In this document: in pieces, positions 62,930-64,000 of the stretch | How positions within the stretch are numbered: the first letter of the stretch is position 1 | Layout of the letters: each line of letters starts with the position of its first letter | Assembly (NCBI GenBank): GCA_017461545.1 | Contig: JAFTXP010000017.1 | Coordinates: 1,008 to 65,007 of the forward strand | Direction of reading: 5' to 3' | Source of the DNA: Clostridia bacterium | GTDB taxonomy: Bacteria > Bacillota > Clostridia > UBA1212 | Length of the DNA: 64,000 nt | Notes under the pieces: model-generated | Database searches by the model: none | The model's input: only the letters and a program-made list of their open reading frames with translations | What the model was told of the DNA's origin: nothing | Translations under genes and position numbers: made by a program

Positions 62930-64000
62930 ATGAAAAACTTAAAACGCATAGTATCATTTTTTCTTTCGCTAGTAATGATGCTTTCTATGATGAGTATTAC
63001 TGCATTTGCAGAAGAAACAGGCGAAGATACTCTGTATCAGGAGACAGATCCATATGTTTATGTTTTTATGGATTCATCTGTGGTGCCGGATGAATGGAAG
63101 GGTAAAATGGCATGGTATTTATCTTCGCATCGTCCGGAGTTCGTGTTAAAAGATAGTTATGATATCAGAGAAGGTGTTCCAACCGTAATTGCTCTGTACA
63201 ATTCCTCTGAAAATGAGATGATGAAGACATACTGTCTTGACTTGCAGGTTGAGACAGTTAGCAATACACGATATCGCCGCTTGAATCTCGAGGACAGTAC
63301 TTATTTCTCTGATGAAAATGCGGAGTTGCTGCGTGCTATCTTTCTGAACGGTTTTATCGATCCCGCAGATACTTCGGATCTTCAGAATGCTGCAAATGAA
63401 TGGCTTGCAGATCAGGGCATGGAGCAGATTACTGATTTGACAAGTGCTCAGGCACTGTCTGCTACCCAGTATGCGATTTGGCTTATTTCCGCTGAAGATG
63501 AATTTGCAGATTCCACAATATATAATGCTACTGTCCCTTCTAAAGATCGTTGGCTCGGCATGATCAAATATACAGACGACCCTAATCCAAAAGAGACAGC
63601 TGTAATCGATGATGACGGCAATAACATAACCGAAAAGAATATTACTTTATTTGCTGAATATCTTCTTAATCTGGATGGAGTTGCTCCGAGCACAGTTCTT
63701 GTAAGTGATGCAACACTTGCTGATGCGGATGCAGGCGATGCTGTACTCGAAGATGATGATACTTACAGTGTTACCGTAACTGTTAACATTGACGGTGTTA
63801 AAGATGGCGATGAGCTATACCTGACTGTGGGAAGCGGCGAAAAAACCGACGCAGGTTACGAAAAAAGCAATACAGTTGCAGTAACTGCTTCAGGCGAGCA
63901 GGCTGTTACTCTTACAGGCCTTACTGAAGAAGAAGCTAACGGAGCGCTGTCAGTAGAAATAAACGGTCAGCAGACAGGCTCTGATGTTTATATGTTTGAT
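62930..64000 (+). CDS. Secreted thioester-domain (TQXA) surface protein, N-terminal 357 aa (3' end beyond window)
   Basis: Not in the ORF track because no stop falls in the window. Signal peptide MKNLKRIVSFFLSLVMMLSMMSITAFA. Cys context KTYCLDLQ and Gln context SATQYAIWLIS match the Cys-Gln thioester domain. The frame is open to 64000. Confidence 0.75.
   Translation, partial: MKNLKRIVSFFLSLVMMLSMMSITAFAEETGEDTLYQETDPYVYVFMDSSVVPDEWKGKMAWYLSSHRPEFVLKDSYDIREGVPTVIALYNSSENEMMKTYCLDLQVETVSNTRYRRLNLEDSTYFSDENAELLRAIFLNGFIDPADTSDLQNAANEWLADQGMEQITDLTSAQALSATQYAIWLISAEDEFADSTIYNATVPSKDRWLGMIKYTDDPNPKETAVIDDDGNNITEKNITLFAEYLLNLDGVAPSTVLVSDATLADADAGDAVLEDDDTYSVTVTVNIDGVKDGDELYLTVGSGEKTDAGYEKSNTVAVTASGEQAVTLTGLTEEEANGALSVEINGQQTGSDVYMFD

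Noticed and set aside
63448-63693. 81-aa minus-strand ORF
   Set aside because: It lies antisense inside the open thioester-adhesin reading frame, which has a signal peptide and both thioester motifs.

Overview
This is a chromosomal window from a low-GC Firmicute, Clostridia-like by gene content (sleB and the stp-prkC-rsgA-rpe block). The species cannot be assigned by eye. Most of it is housekeeping backbone on the + strand: tig(partial)-clpP-clpX-uppP, metK, nagA, one tRNA(CAT), a GH3 lipoprotein, priA-def-fmt-rlmN-stp-prkC-rsgA-rpe, rqcH(-), glmM, a GH78-like hydrolase, zur-znuACB, and a complete hisZGDCBHAF-IE operon. Several accessory or unusual segments lie between these blocks.

1. At 61.7-64.0 kb, a tyrosine recombinase is followed by perfect 25-bp inverted repeats. 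They bracket a 194-bp promoter-like segment just upstream of a secreted thioester-domain (YCLD / TQYAIW) adhesin. This is a candidate invertible phase-variation switch.
2. There is a split RiPP-like gene set with no recognisable precursor. It comprises an HprK-like P-loop kinase, PqqD and an S24/S26 peptidase at 29.0-30.5 kb, and a second PqqD, a second S24/S26 peptidase and a radical-SAM/SPASM enzyme at 35.5-37.2 kb.
3. At 41.2-44.5 kb there is an island with four parts:
   - a 26-aa hydrophobic peptide gene convergent with a promoter+terminator unit, arranged like a type I toxin-antitoxin (TA) locus;
   - a DUF3990/DUF3791/C15-peptidase-like cassette bounded by about 205-bp direct repeats;
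   - a truncated second copy of the cassette start;
   - a RelB/ParE-type pair.
4. A recurring TTCGCAAA/TTTGCGAA palindrome family occurs in the zur leader, where GCAAAT motifs are phased at 22 bp. It recurs as 27-56-bp palindromes around a DUF4143 ATPase gene that is flanked by about 150-bp direct repeats.
5. A pair of G3E/CobW GTPases is present. One carries an approximately 135-aa His-rich insert with four EHC(T/S)CGCH motifs.
6. Conserved gene sets of unknown function are also present: a NifU-like + GGGtGRT pair, an SPFH/zinc-ribbon/TPM trio resembling ydjGHI, and a tandem-OB SSB-like protein before priA.
7. A decayed tRNA-adjacent patch holds an acyltransferase pseudogene, a DUF1906 fragment, and an Amidase_6 gene with an in-frame TAA.

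No rRNA, CRISPR array or intact transposase was seen. All functional calls come from motif recognition by eye. No database search was run.
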